Positions 22,199 through 30,843 of a stretch of 64,000 nucleotides of DNA are shown here, piece by piece. The stretch is taken from positions 10,765 to 74,764 of the forward strand of contig DASPSV010000032.1 in the NCBI GenBank assembly GCA_035623755.1. The letters run 5' to 3'. Origin of the DNA: Gemmatimonadales bacterium (GTDB taxonomy: Bacteria > Gemmatimonadota > Gemmatimonadetes > Gemmatimonadales > JACORV01). The notes beneath the pieces were generated by a model. That model was given only the letters and a program-made list of their open reading frames with translations. It was not told the origin of the DNA and made no database searches. The position numbers were made by a program, and so were the translations under genes. Positions within the stretch are counted from its first letter, which is position 1. Each line of letters opens with the position of its first letter.

Positions 22199-23449
22199 TC
22201 AGCGCGCCGGATACAGCCCCGCGGTCTTCGCCGCGTCGAGGCTCAGCGGATAGGCCACGACGTCGGCGGACCAGACCTCGACATACTCGCCGCGGTTCAG
22301 CGATCCTTCCTGCAGCAGCATGTAGTAGGGGCTCGCGGCCCCGTCGGGGCCGCACGTCCCGGCACCGCCGCCGTTGCACCCCGCCCCCGTCCCGCCGTGC
22401 TTGTTCGACTGCCAGCCCACGGAATCGGCGTTCTGGGACGCGAGGGTCGTGACCTCCGGCAGGATCGCCTGCGTGTCGAGGAAATCCGCCTGCACCTGCA
22501 CCCGGCCCGGCGCGAGGCGCGAGACCGCCTGGACGATGCCGGACGCGACGGTGCCCGGCGCGTCACCCGTCAGGTTCGGGAAGTCGATGCCGGTCGTGGA
22601 CGGATTGAAGAGGCTGAGGCCGAGGAAGCGGTCCGGAAAGGCGCGCGCGAAGGCGCCCGCGATCGCGGCGAACCCGTTCACGACGGCCGTGTCCGAGTAG
22701 CCATGCGCCCGCCAGGCGGCGGTGTCCGCGTCGGTGAGGACGGTGGGATAGGCGGGCCGACCGTCCGGGCAGGGCAGCGTGTCCGCCGTGGTGGGCGCCG
22801 GGCGCCCGGTCGGCAGGCGGATCTCCTCGTCGTACACGCTGAGCCCGGGCACGTGCACCAGGGTCAGGGAGGCGTAGGCGCCGATCGCCTGCAGGTGGGC
22901 GGCCAGCGCCGTGGCGGCGGCACTCCAGAACGCCTGCACGTTGGGGACCCACGGGAGGAGCACGTAAGCGCTGATGCAGCGGTCGGCGGCGCCGCCGGTG
23001 GTCCACACGTCGAACAGCGGCGCGCAGCCGGCCCCGCAGGCCGCCGCGAATCCCGACGGCAGCGACTGCAGGTACGTGCTGCCGGACTGGTACCCGGTTT
23101 CCAGCTCGATCGAGAACTTCTTCTGGTGCGACAGCGCGGCCTGCACGAGGGTGTCGAGGTAGCCCCAGCTCCAGTTGAACTGGCCCCAGGTCGTGACGGC
23201 GGGCAGGATCTTGGCGATGGGCACGAAGACCGCGTGGCCCGTCACGTCGTTGAGGTACGCTTCGGACGTGGCGAGGCCCGCCGCGTAGGCGGTGGCCGCC
23301 GGAGCCTCGTTGCTCGGGTCGTTCAGCACGTAGATCCCGGAGGGAATCGGGACTTTGGCGCCGCCGCCCGACGTTGTCTGCTCGGAGTGGCAACACACCG
23401 TGGACGCCGCGACGACGCAGACGAGCGGCAGGAACCGCTTGGCGGTCAT
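22199..23449 (-). CDS. Secreted hypothetical protein (possibly a glycoside-hydrolase-like barrel)
   Basis: Start reset to M134 (MTAKRFLPLVCVVAAS) of ORF 22199..23848. Signal peptide, several Cys pairs, good GC3 bias. No motif I can name with confidence. Confidence 0.55.
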   Translation of the reverse strand: MTAKRFLPLVCVVAASTVCCHSEQTTSGGGAKVPIPSGIYVLNDPSNEAPAATAYAAGLATSEAYLNDVTGHAVFVPIAKILPAVTTWGQFNWSWGYLDTLVQAALSHQKKFSIELETGYQSGSTYLQSLPSGFAAACGAGCAPLFDVWTTGGAADRCISAYVLLPWVPNVQAFWSAAATALAAHLQAIGAYASLTLVHVPGLSVYDEEIRLPTGRPAPTTADTLPCPDGRPAYPTVLTDADTAAWRAHGYSDTAVVNGFAAIAGAFARAFPDRFLGLSLFNPSTTGIDFPNLTGDAPGTVASGIVQAVSRLAPGRVQVQADFLDTQAILPEVTTLASQNADSVGWQSNKHGGTGAGCNGGGAGTCGPDGAASPYYMLLQEGSLNRGEYVEVWSADVVAYPLSLDAAKTAGLYPAR

Positions 23450-23606
23450 GGAGCCTTCCCGGAAGTGGCGTGAGGGACGCGGACACGCTCGGCAGGACGC
23501 ACCGTCGCCGTCAAGTGGGCGGGGCTCTTGATTCGCGGGGGCGCCGCGCCAGAATTGGTGCGCATCCCGATGACCCGCGGAGCCCAATGACTCAACGCAC
23601 CGCATC

Positions 23607-23984
23607 GTGAAGGCGCGGCGCCTGCCGGCGGACGTGGTGGCCACCCTGCGCGAGGCCAAGCTGCTCGAGATCCGGGCCGGGTCCCGCCGGCACCGCTTCA
23701 TCGGCATCTGGGTCGTCGTGGTCGAGGGCCGGGCGTTCGTGCGGTCGTGGAGCCTCAAGCCGCGCAGCTGGTGGCGGACGTTCCAGGCGGATCCGCGTGG
23801 GGCGATCCGGGTCGCCGGCCGGTCCATCGCGGTCCGCGCGGTGCACACGCGGAGCGAGCGCCTGAAGCGCGCCGTCGACCGCGCCTACCTGGCGAAGTAC
23901 GGCACCGGAGGGTCGCGCCGCTTCGCCGTTGATCTCGGCAGGCCGGTGTCGAAGGCGACCACGACGGAGCTGGTGCCCTCCTGA
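23607..23984 (+). CDS. DUF2255-like small protein
   Basis: 125 aa. ..HRFIGIWVVVVEGRAFVRSWSLKPRSWWRTF..VDRAYLAKYG resembles the DUF2255 family as I remember it. Confidence 0.65.
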   Translation: MKARRLPADVVATLREAKLLEIRAGSRRHRFIGIWVVVVEGRAFVRSWSLKPRSWWRTFQADPRGAIRVAGRSIAVRAVHTRSERLKRAVDRAYLAKYGTGGSRRFAVDLGRPVSKATTTELVPS

Positions 23985-24028
23985 AGCCCCGGCACCGTGC
24001 GGCCCTGACCGTCGGGCCGCTCGTCGCG

Positions 24029-25306
24029 GTGATGTTCTTCAACGTCTCCGGCGGGCCGTTCGGCGTCGAAGGGCTGGTCGGCAGCGTCGGCCCGGGCGTC
24101 GCCGTCGTGCTGCTCCTCGCCACGCCCCTGCTGTACAGCGTCCCCGAGACCCTGATCATCGGCGAGCTGGCGTCGATGCTCCCCGCCGAGGGCGGCTACT
24201 ACGTGTGGGTCACGCGCGCCTTCGGACGCTTCTGGGGCTTCACCAACGGGTGGCTGAGCTGGATGTACTCGCTGATCGACATGGCGATCTACCCGGTGCT
24301 GTTTCTCCAGTACCTCCGCTTCTTCGCCGGCGACCTCGGGGCGCTCGGCGGCTGGCTGCTGGCGCTCGCGCTGATCTGGGGTGCGACCTGGCTCAACCTC
24401 CGCGGCACGCGCGTCGTGGGCGCCGCGTCCGGCTGGTTCACCGCGGCGGTGCTGGCGCCCTTCGCCGCGCTCGCCGCCGTCGCCCTGGTCCGGTGGATGG
24501 CGGCGGGCCATGCGGCGGCGCTGGCGCACGAGCCGTTCCGGGCGGCCGGCGCATCGTTCGCCGGCGCGCTCGGCCTGGGCATCTCCCAGAGCGTGTGGAA
24601 CTACAGCGGGTGGGACAACGCATCGACGATCGGCGGCGAGATCCGCGACGCGAGCGCGACCTACCCGCGGGCGCTGGTGCGCGCGCTGCCGCTGGTGACC
24701 GCGGCCTACCTGGTGGCCGTTGTTCCCGCGCTCGCCGTCACCGGGTGGCGCGCCTGGACGGACGGCGCCTGGCCCGCCATCGCGGCGGCGGTGGCGGGGC
24801 CGTGGCTGGCCGGGTGGATCGCGCTCGCGGGCATGGTCAGCGCGTTCGCCCTGTTCAACGCGCTGCTCCTGGTCTACTCGCGCGTCCCGCTGGTCCTCGC
24901 CCGGGACGGCTTCCTGCCGGCGGCGCTCGCCGCGACCGACGAGCGGGGCACGCCCCGACGCGCGGTGGTGGCGTCGGCGCTGGGCTACTCCGTGTTCGCG
25001 CTGCTGTCCTTCGGCGGGCTGCTCGCGGCCGACGTGCTGCTCTACACCGCGGCGCTCGTGCTCGAGTTCGCGGCGCTGATCGCACTCCGGCGCCGCGAGC
25101 CCGCGCTCCGGGGCGCCTTCCGCATCCCGCTCGGCGAGGCCGCGCTGGTGGTGCTCGCGGCGCTGCCCGCGCTCGTCCTGTGCGCGGCCGTCGCCCTCGA
25201 GGTCCAGAGCCGCACCGTCGGGCTGGTCGGGGTGGGTGTCGCGGCCGCGTTCGGCCTCGCGGGACCGCTCGCCTACCCGGCGCTCGGCCGGCGCGCCCGC
25301 ACCTGA
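24029..25306 (+). CDS. APC-family amino acid/polyamine permease
   Basis: 425 aa. FNVSGGPFGVEGLV, GELASMLPAEGGYYVWV, and about 12 TM helices. The frame is open a few codons upstream, so the true start may be slightly earlier. Confidence 0.85.
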   Translation: MMFFNVSGGPFGVEGLVGSVGPGVAVVLLLATPLLYSVPETLIIGELASMLPAEGGYYVWVTRAFGRFWGFTNGWLSWMYSLIDMAIYPVLFLQYLRFFAGDLGALGGWLLALALIWGATWLNLRGTRVVGAASGWFTAAVLAPFAALAAVALVRWMAAGHAAALAHEPFRAAGASFAGALGLGISQSVWNYSGWDNASTIGGEIRDASATYPRALVRALPLVTAAYLVAVVPALAVTGWRAWTDGAWPAIAAAVAGPWLAGWIALAGMVSAFALFNALLLVYSRVPLVLARDGFLPAALAATDERGTPRRAVVASALGYSVFALLSFGGLLAADVLLYTAALVLEFAALIALRRREPALRGAFRIPLGEAALVVLAALPALVLCAAVALEVQSRTVGLVGVGVAAAFGLAGPLAYPALGRRART

Positions 25307-25328
25307 GTCCGGGCGCTGCCCGGCGGCC

Positions 25329-26843
25329 TCAGCCCGGGAGCGCGGCGGCGAGCCGCCGGATGCCGGCCCGCAGCGCCTCCGGCGGGTAGCCGGCGTAGCC
25401 CAGCAGGAGCCCGCCGCGGCGGAGGGGCCGGATGGCGTAGGACGAGAGCGGCGGCGCCTCCACGCCGGCCGCGAGCAGGCGCCGCGAGACGTCCCGGTCG
25501 CTGACGCCGGGTGGCAGCCAGGCCAACGCCAGCATGCCGGCGGCCGTGTCGCCGAAGGCGACGCGCTCCCCGAGCGCCTCGCGGGCCGCCGCGAGCAGCG
25601 CGTCGCGCCGCTCCTCGTACAGCGCCCGCATCCGGCGCACGTGCCGGGCGAAGTGCCCGAGGACGATGAAGTCCGCGAGCACGGCCTGCTCGATGCCCGG
25701 CGGCTGGCGGTCGCTCACGGCGCGCGCCTCGCCGAACGCGTCCACCAGGTCCTCCGGCACGATCACGTAGCCCAGTCGGAGCCCCGGGAACACTGTCTTG
25801 CTGAACGTGCCCACGTAGATGACGCGACCGGCGTCGTCGAGACCCTGGAGGCAGGGCAGCGGCCGGCTGGCGTAGCGGAACTCGCTGTCATAGTCGTCCT
25901 CCACGATCCAGACCCGGCCGGCTGCCGCCCAGCGCAGAAGCTCGAGCCGGCGCGCCGCGCTCATCGTGATGCCGGTCGGGTACTGCCGCGACGGCGTCAC
26001 GTAGACGGCGCGCGGAGTCCGCCCCACGGGCGCGGCGGCACGCTGCAGGCCGTCGGCGTCGAGAGCGACGGGAACGATCCGCGCTCCGGCGGCGGTGAAG
26101 GCGCCGCGGGCGGACGGGTAACCCGGATCTTCGAGCCAGACCACGTCGTCGGGATCGACCAGCACGCGCGCCACGAGGTCGAGGCCCTGCTGGGCCCCGG
26201 CCGTCACCACGATCTGGTCCGCCGTGCAGCGTGCGCCGCGCGCCGCGGCCACGTACGCCGCGATGGCCTGGCGCAGCGGGAGATGTCCCGCCACCGGACC
26301 GTAGCCGGACAGGTCGGCGCCCGCGCGGCGGGCGCGGCTGCCGAACAGCCTCGCCCACAGGGCCCACGGGAAGGCGTCCAGCGCCGGCACGCCGGTCTGG
26401 AACGGACGCGCCGGCTGGACGAGGCTGCGGCCGGCGGAAAGCGGCAGGCGGGCGAGCGCCGCGCTGCGTGCCGACGGCCGGGGGGCCGGCGCAGGCCGCG
26501 GGCGCTCGCGCCGGGGGCGTGGCCCCGGCGCCCCGCGGCCGGGCCGGCCCGCGCGCAGCCCGGCGTCCGGGAGCCGCTCGTTCACGAAGGTGCCGGTGCG
26601 CGGCCGGGCGACGACGTAGCCTTCGGCGCGCAGCAGCGCGAGCGCGCCGTTCACGGTGTTCCGCGACACGCCGAGGTCCGAGGCCAGCACGCGGGTGCCC
26701 GGAATGTGGGAGCCCGGCGCCAGCCGGCCGGCGACGATCGCCTCGCGCAGCGAGTCGCAGATCTGCCGGTACGCCGGAGGCCCGGCGGACGCGTCGAGCT
26801 GCACCAACGTCGCCGGGGCGCTCGAGGCCAGCCGCGGGCTCAC
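25329..26843 (-). CDS. MocR/PdxR-type regulator (GntR HTH fused to an aminotransferase-like domain)
   Basis: 504 aa. YRQICDSLREAIVAGRLAPGSHIPGTRVLASDLGVSRNTV (wHTH), followed by a fold-type-I aminotransferase body (YVGTFSKTVFPGLRLGY). Confidence 0.9.
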   Translation of the reverse strand: MSPRLASSAPATLVQLDASAGPPAYRQICDSLREAIVAGRLAPGSHIPGTRVLASDLGVSRNTVNGALALLRAEGYVVARPRTGTFVNERLPDAGLRAGRPGRGAPGPRPRRERPRPAPAPRPSARSAALARLPLSAGRSLVQPARPFQTGVPALDAFPWALWARLFGSRARRAGADLSGYGPVAGHLPLRQAIAAYVAAARGARCTADQIVVTAGAQQGLDLVARVLVDPDDVVWLEDPGYPSARGAFTAAGARIVPVALDADGLQRAAAPVGRTPRAVYVTPSRQYPTGITMSAARRLELLRWAAAGRVWIVEDDYDSEFRYASRPLPCLQGLDDAGRVIYVGTFSKTVFPGLRLGYVIVPEDLVDAFGEARAVSDRQPPGIEQAVLADFIVLGHFARHVRRMRALYEERRDALLAAAREALGERVAFGDTAAGMLALAWLPPGVSDRDVSRRLLAAGVEAPPLSSYAIRPLRRGGLLLGYAGYPPEALRAGIRRLAAALPG

Positions 26844-26859
26844 GGGCGCCCCGCCCGGC

Positions 26860-26902
26860 TGGTACCATCATAGATCCGAATCTGGCTCTTTTCGTGGTAC
26901 CA
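26860..26902. promoter_or_regulatory. Candidate MocR operator: two TGGTACCA boxes about 35 bp apart
   Basis: TGGTACCA at about 26860-26867 and 26895-26902. Both lie in the 127-bp divergent region between the MocR gene and the PNPOx-like gene. Confidence 0.45.
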
Positions 26903-26970
26903 CATGCGCCCTAAGTTAACCGGGCCGGCCGTCCCGACCAGAGCCCGTCGAAACCGGAGGATGTGAGCCG

Positions 26971-27900
26971 ATGACCGCGAAAGGGTCCCCAGCCCGGGCG
27001 CCGCTGCCCGCCCACGCCGCAATCGCCGCCCACCCCGAGCGCGACCGGACGGCGGACGCGCCGCACCTGCTGGCCGGCGGCCTCGTCGCCCACGTCGGTT
27101 TCCACGACGGGGGCCGTCCGGTGGTGATCCCGATGACCTACCAGTACGCCGAGAACGAGCCCCGCCGCCTGTACCTGCACGGAGGCGTGCACGGCCGGCT
27201 GATGACGCACCTCGCCACCGGCGCGCCGGTGTGCGTGGCGGTCACCGAGCTGGACGGCCTGGTCTATTCGCGGACCGCGCTCAATCACTCGGTCAACTAC
27301 CGGTCCGTGGTGACCTTCGCCCGGGCCGCCGCGGAGCAGCCGGATGCGGCCGCGCGGGAGCGCATTCTCGCGGCGATGATCGCACGGTACTTCCCCGGCC
27401 GGGCGCCCGGCGTGGACTACGAGGCCCCGACGTCCGCCCAGCTCGCCGCCACGGCACTGGTGGCGCTCGAGATCGAGGCGTGGAGCGCCAAGGTGCGGGA
27501 CGCCGGCGCGAACGGGCCGGGCGACGACGATCCGACGCAGCCCGGCAGCGCGGGCGTGATTCCGCTGGGCCGGGACCGTGCGCCGGCGCGGCGCGGGAGC
27601 GCACCGGACCGGTATTTCGCCGTGCGCCTGCGCCACGGGCCGGCCTGGGACGCCGCGGTACCGATGCGGGCACAGTCCGGATGGTCCGAGCACGCGGCCT
27701 GCATGGACGGAATGGTCGCCGACGGGTTCATCGTGCTGGGCGGCCCGCTCGCCGGCGACGAGGCGGTACTTCTCGTCGTCGCCGCCGAGAGCGAGAGCGC
27801 GCTCCGGGCTCGCCTGGCCGCCGATCCGTGGCACCGCTCGGGGCACCTGCTGGTCGAGCGGGTCGAGCCGTGGCGGATCCTGCTCGACGGACGGAGCTGA
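26971..27900 (+). CDS. Fusion protein: pyridoxamine-5'-phosphate-oxidase-like FMN-binding domain plus YciI-like domain
   Basis: 309 aa. N-terminal half VAHVGFHDGGRPVVIPMTYQY..LYLHG..NYRSVV. C-terminal about 95 aa YFAVRLRHGPAW..GFIVLGGPL..DPWH, typical of YCII. SD GGAGGA lies 9 nt upstream of the ATG. Confidence 0.75.
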   Translation: MTAKGSPARAPLPAHAAIAAHPERDRTADAPHLLAGGLVAHVGFHDGGRPVVIPMTYQYAENEPRRLYLHGGVHGRLMTHLATGAPVCVAVTELDGLVYSRTALNHSVNYRSVVTFARAAAEQPDAAARERILAAMIARYFPGRAPGVDYEAPTSAQLAATALVALEIEAWSAKVRDAGANGPGDDDPTQPGSAGVIPLGRDRAPARRGSAPDRYFAVRLRHGPAWDAAVPMRAQSGWSEHAACMDGMVADGFIVLGGPLAGDEAVLLVVAAESESALRARLAADPWHRSGHLLVERVEPWRILLDGRS

Positions 27901-27905
27901 CGCGC

Positions 27906-28868
27906 GTGCCTCGCGACCAGCGCGTCCGCCTGGTGCTGGCGTTCGCCGCGATCTACGTGGTGTGGGGCTCGACGTACCTCGCGATCCGCTACGCCGTCGC
28001 GACCATCCCGCCGCACCTGATGGCGGCGCTCCGCTACGCGTCCGCGGGCGGCATCCTGGTGGCGCTGGCGCGCCTGCGGGGCGCGGCCTGGCCGACGCGG
28101 CGCGAGTGGGGCGTCGCCGTCGTGGCGGGGCTCCTGCTCCTCACCTTCGGCAACGGGAGCCTGTCGTGGGCCGAGCAGCGGGTCCCGTCGGGTCTGGCGG
28201 CGCTGATTCTCGCCGGCGTGCCGCTGGCCACCGTGGGTGCGGACTGGCTCCGGCCCGGAGGATCGCGCCCGGCCGCCTCCGCTCTGCTGGGGCTGCTGGT
28301 CGGCCTGGTGGGCGTGGCCGTGCTCGTCGATCCGGGCGCCCGCGACGCCGCGCGCGTCGATCCCGTCGGCGCCGCGGGGCTCGCGGTCGCGACGCTGTCC
28401 TGGGCCGTCGGCACCGTGTACTCGCGCCACGTGCACGGGGCGCCGTCGCCGCTGATGGGGGCGGGCGCGAGCATGCTGACGGGGAGCGCCGGACTGTTCG
28501 TGATGGCCGTCGTGCTCGGCCAGACCGCGAGCGTGCACCTGCGGGACGTGAGTGCGCGCTCCTTGCTCGCGCTCGCCTATCTGTCCGTGTTCGGCGCCGT
28601 GCTCGGGTTCACCGCCTACTTCTGGCTCGTGCGGCATACGACGCCCGCCCTGGTGACCACCTACGCGTACGTGAACCCGGTCGTGGCGCTGCTCCTGGGC
28701 TGGGCGATCGAGGGGGAGCCGGTGACCGCGCGCGTGCTGCTGTCCGCGACGGTCATCCTGGGCGGCGTGCTGATCGTCACGACTCTGCCGCAGCGCGGAC
28801 CCCGGCGCGCCGCCCGCCGGAGCGGCCGGGCGCCGGAGTCTGCCGCGGCGGCCCGATCGTCGTCCTGA
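27906..28868 (+). CDS. EamA/DMT-family transporter
   Basis: GTG start within ORF 27231..28868. LAFAAIYVVWGSTYLAIRY, 10 TM helices, two EamA repeats. Confidence 0.85.
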   Translation: MPRDQRVRLVLAFAAIYVVWGSTYLAIRYAVATIPPHLMAALRYASAGGILVALARLRGAAWPTRREWGVAVVAGLLLLTFGNGSLSWAEQRVPSGLAALILAGVPLATVGADWLRPGGSRPAASALLGLLVGLVGVAVLVDPGARDAARVDPVGAAGLAVATLSWAVGTVYSRHVHGAPSPLMGAGASMLTGSAGLFVMAVVLGQTASVHLRDVSARSLLALAYLSVFGAVLGFTAYFWLVRHTTPALVTTYAYVNPVVALLLGWAIEGEPVTARVLLSATVILGGVLIVTTLPQRGPRRAARRSGRAPESAAAARSSS

Positions 28869-28953
28869 CCCGTGGCGCCGTCGCGCGGCGCCGTCCCGCA
28901 GCCCGCGGGTTAGGTTTCCGCTCACCGCCCACTCCCCGCACCCGGAGGCCCCG

Positions 28954-29475
28954 ATGGCCGACCTGCAATACCCGGTGGGCCGCTTCACCAAGCCGACCAC
29001 GCTCACGCCGGCGCAGCGCGCGGAATGCATCGAGCAGATCGCGGCCGCGCCGGGACTGCTGCGGCGCGCCGTGGCGGGCCTGGACCAGCGGCAGCTCGAC
29101 ACCCCGTACCGGGCGGGTGGCTGGACCGTGCGGCAGGTGGTGCACCATGTCCCCGAGAGCCACATGAACGCGTACGTGCGCGTCAAGCTCCTGCTCACCG
29201 AGGACGTGCCGACGATCAAGCCGTACGATCAGTCGAAGTGGGCGGAGACGCCCGACACCCGCGCCCCCGTCGAGGTCTCGCTCACGCTGCTCACGGCGCT
29301 GCACGAGAAGTGGACGCTGCTGCTCAAGGGCATCGGCCCGGAGGCGTTCGCGCGGCGCCTCAACCATCCCGAGAACGGCCCGATGACGCTGGACGACGTG
29401 GTCGCGATGTACGCGTGGCACGGGCGCCACCACACGGCCCACGTCACCGGCCTGCGCGAGCGGATGGGCTGGTGA
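28954..29475 (+). CDS. DinB/YfiT-family metal-dependent (thiol-transferase-like) protein
   Basis: 173 aa. GWTVRQVVHHVPESHMNAY and WHGRHHTAH, the His triad of the YfiT/DinB fold. Confidence 0.85.
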   Translation: MADLQYPVGRFTKPTTLTPAQRAECIEQIAAAPGLLRRAVAGLDQRQLDTPYRAGGWTVRQVVHHVPESHMNAYVRVKLLLTEDVPTIKPYDQSKWAETPDTRAPVEVSLTLLTALHEKWTLLLKGIGPEAFARRLNHPENGPMTLDDVVAMYAWHGRHHTAHVTGLRERMGW

Positions 29476-30836
29476 GACGGGCGGCGCGGCGCGGGCCGCT
29501 GTGGGCCGCGGCCGTGCTGGCGCTGGCGGTGCTCGCGCCGCCGTCACGCGCGCAGGAGGCGCCCGGGCAGGAGGCGGCGGCGATCCGGGAGGCGTTTTTG
29601 CACGCCTGGACCGGCTACGAGCGCTACGCGTGGGGGCACGACGAGCTGCTGCCGCTCTCGCGCGGCTTCCGCGACTGGCATCCGGCGCCGCTGCTCATGA
29701 CGCCGGTGGACGCGTACGACACCATGCTGCTGCTGGGCCTCACGGACCAGGCGGCGCGCGCCAAGGCGCTGATCCTCGACTCGCTTTCCTTCGACCGCGA
29801 CTTCGACGTCCAGGTGTTCGAGATCACGATCCGGCTCCTGGGCGGACTGCTCAGCGCCCACCAACTGGACGGCGACCCGCGCTTCCTGGCCCTCGCGCGG
29901 GACCTCGGCAATCGCCTGCTGCCGGCGTTCGGCTCGCCGACAGGCATGCCGTACCGGTTCGTGAACCTCCGGACCGGCGCGGTGAGCGGACCGGTGAGCA
30001 ATCCCGCCGAGGTCGGTACCCTGATGCTGGAGTTCGGCACGCTCTCGAAGCTCACCGGCGATCCGCGGTTCTACGACGCGGCCAAGCGGGCGGTGGTCGC
30101 GCTGTACCAGCGCCGCTCGCCCGTGGGGCTGGTGGGCAGCACGATCGACGTGCGCACCGGCGGGTGGGTCGACCGGGACAGCCACGTCAGCGGGGGCATC
30201 GACTCGTACTACGAGTATCTGCTGAAAGCGTGGCTGCTGTTCCGCGACCCCGACTTCCAGGCGATGTGGGACACCAGCATCGCGGCGGTGAATCGCTGGC
30301 TGGCCGACCGGCGTCCGGACGGACTGTGGTACGGCCACGCGGACATGGACACCGGCGCGCGCACGGCGACGCACTACGGCGCGCTCGACGCCTACTTCGC
30401 CGCCGTCCTCGCCAGGAGCGGGGACACCGCGCGGGCGGGGCAGCTGATGGAATCGATCTTCCGGATGTGGACGACGTTCGGCATCGAGCCGGAGGAGCTC
30501 GACTACGTCACGATGCGGCCGGTGTCGGCGGGGTACGAGCTGCGGCCGGAGGGGCTCGAGTCGGCGTACTACCTGTATCGGATCACCGGCGACGCGCGCT
30601 GGCGCACGATGGGGCGGATGATGCTGGACAGCCTGTTCCGCTACAGCCGGGCGGAGACGGGATTCACGGCGCTGGCGAGCGTGGTGACGAAGGAGCGCCG
30701 CGACCGGATGGAGAGCTACTTCCTCGCCGAGACGCTGAAGTACGCCTACCTGCTGTTCGCGCCTGCGTCCACGCTCGACTTCGACGCGGTGGTCTTCAAC
30801 ACCGAGGCGCACCCGCTCCGGCGCACCTGGCCGTAG
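29472..30836 (+). CDS. Glycoside hydrolase family 47 (class I alpha-1,2-mannosidase-like), secreted
   Basis: GTG start (V150 of ORF 29025..30836) in a GTGA overlap with the DinB gene. Signal peptide present. GH47 signatures FEITIRLLGGLLSAH, GGIDSYYEYLLKAW, ESYFLAETLKYAYLLF. Confidence 0.85.
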   Translation: MRRAARRGPLWAAAVLALAVLAPPSRAQEAPGQEAAAIREAFLHAWTGYERYAWGHDELLPLSRGFRDWHPAPLLMTPVDAYDTMLLLGLTDQAARAKALILDSLSFDRDFDVQVFEITIRLLGGLLSAHQLDGDPRFLALARDLGNRLLPAFGSPTGMPYRFVNLRTGAVSGPVSNPAEVGTLMLEFGTLSKLTGDPRFYDAAKRAVVALYQRRSPVGLVGSTIDVRTGGWVDRDSHVSGGIDSYYEYLLKAWLLFRDPDFQAMWDTSIAAVNRWLADRRPDGLWYGHADMDTGARTATHYGALDAYFAAVLARSGDTARAGQLMESIFRMWTTFGIEPEELDYVTMRPVSAGYELRPEGLESAYYLYRITGDARWRTMGRMMLDSLFRYSRAETGFTALASVVTKERRDRMESYFLAETLKYAYLLFAPASTLDFDAVVFNTEAHPLRRTWP

Positions 30837-30843
30837 CGCCGCG

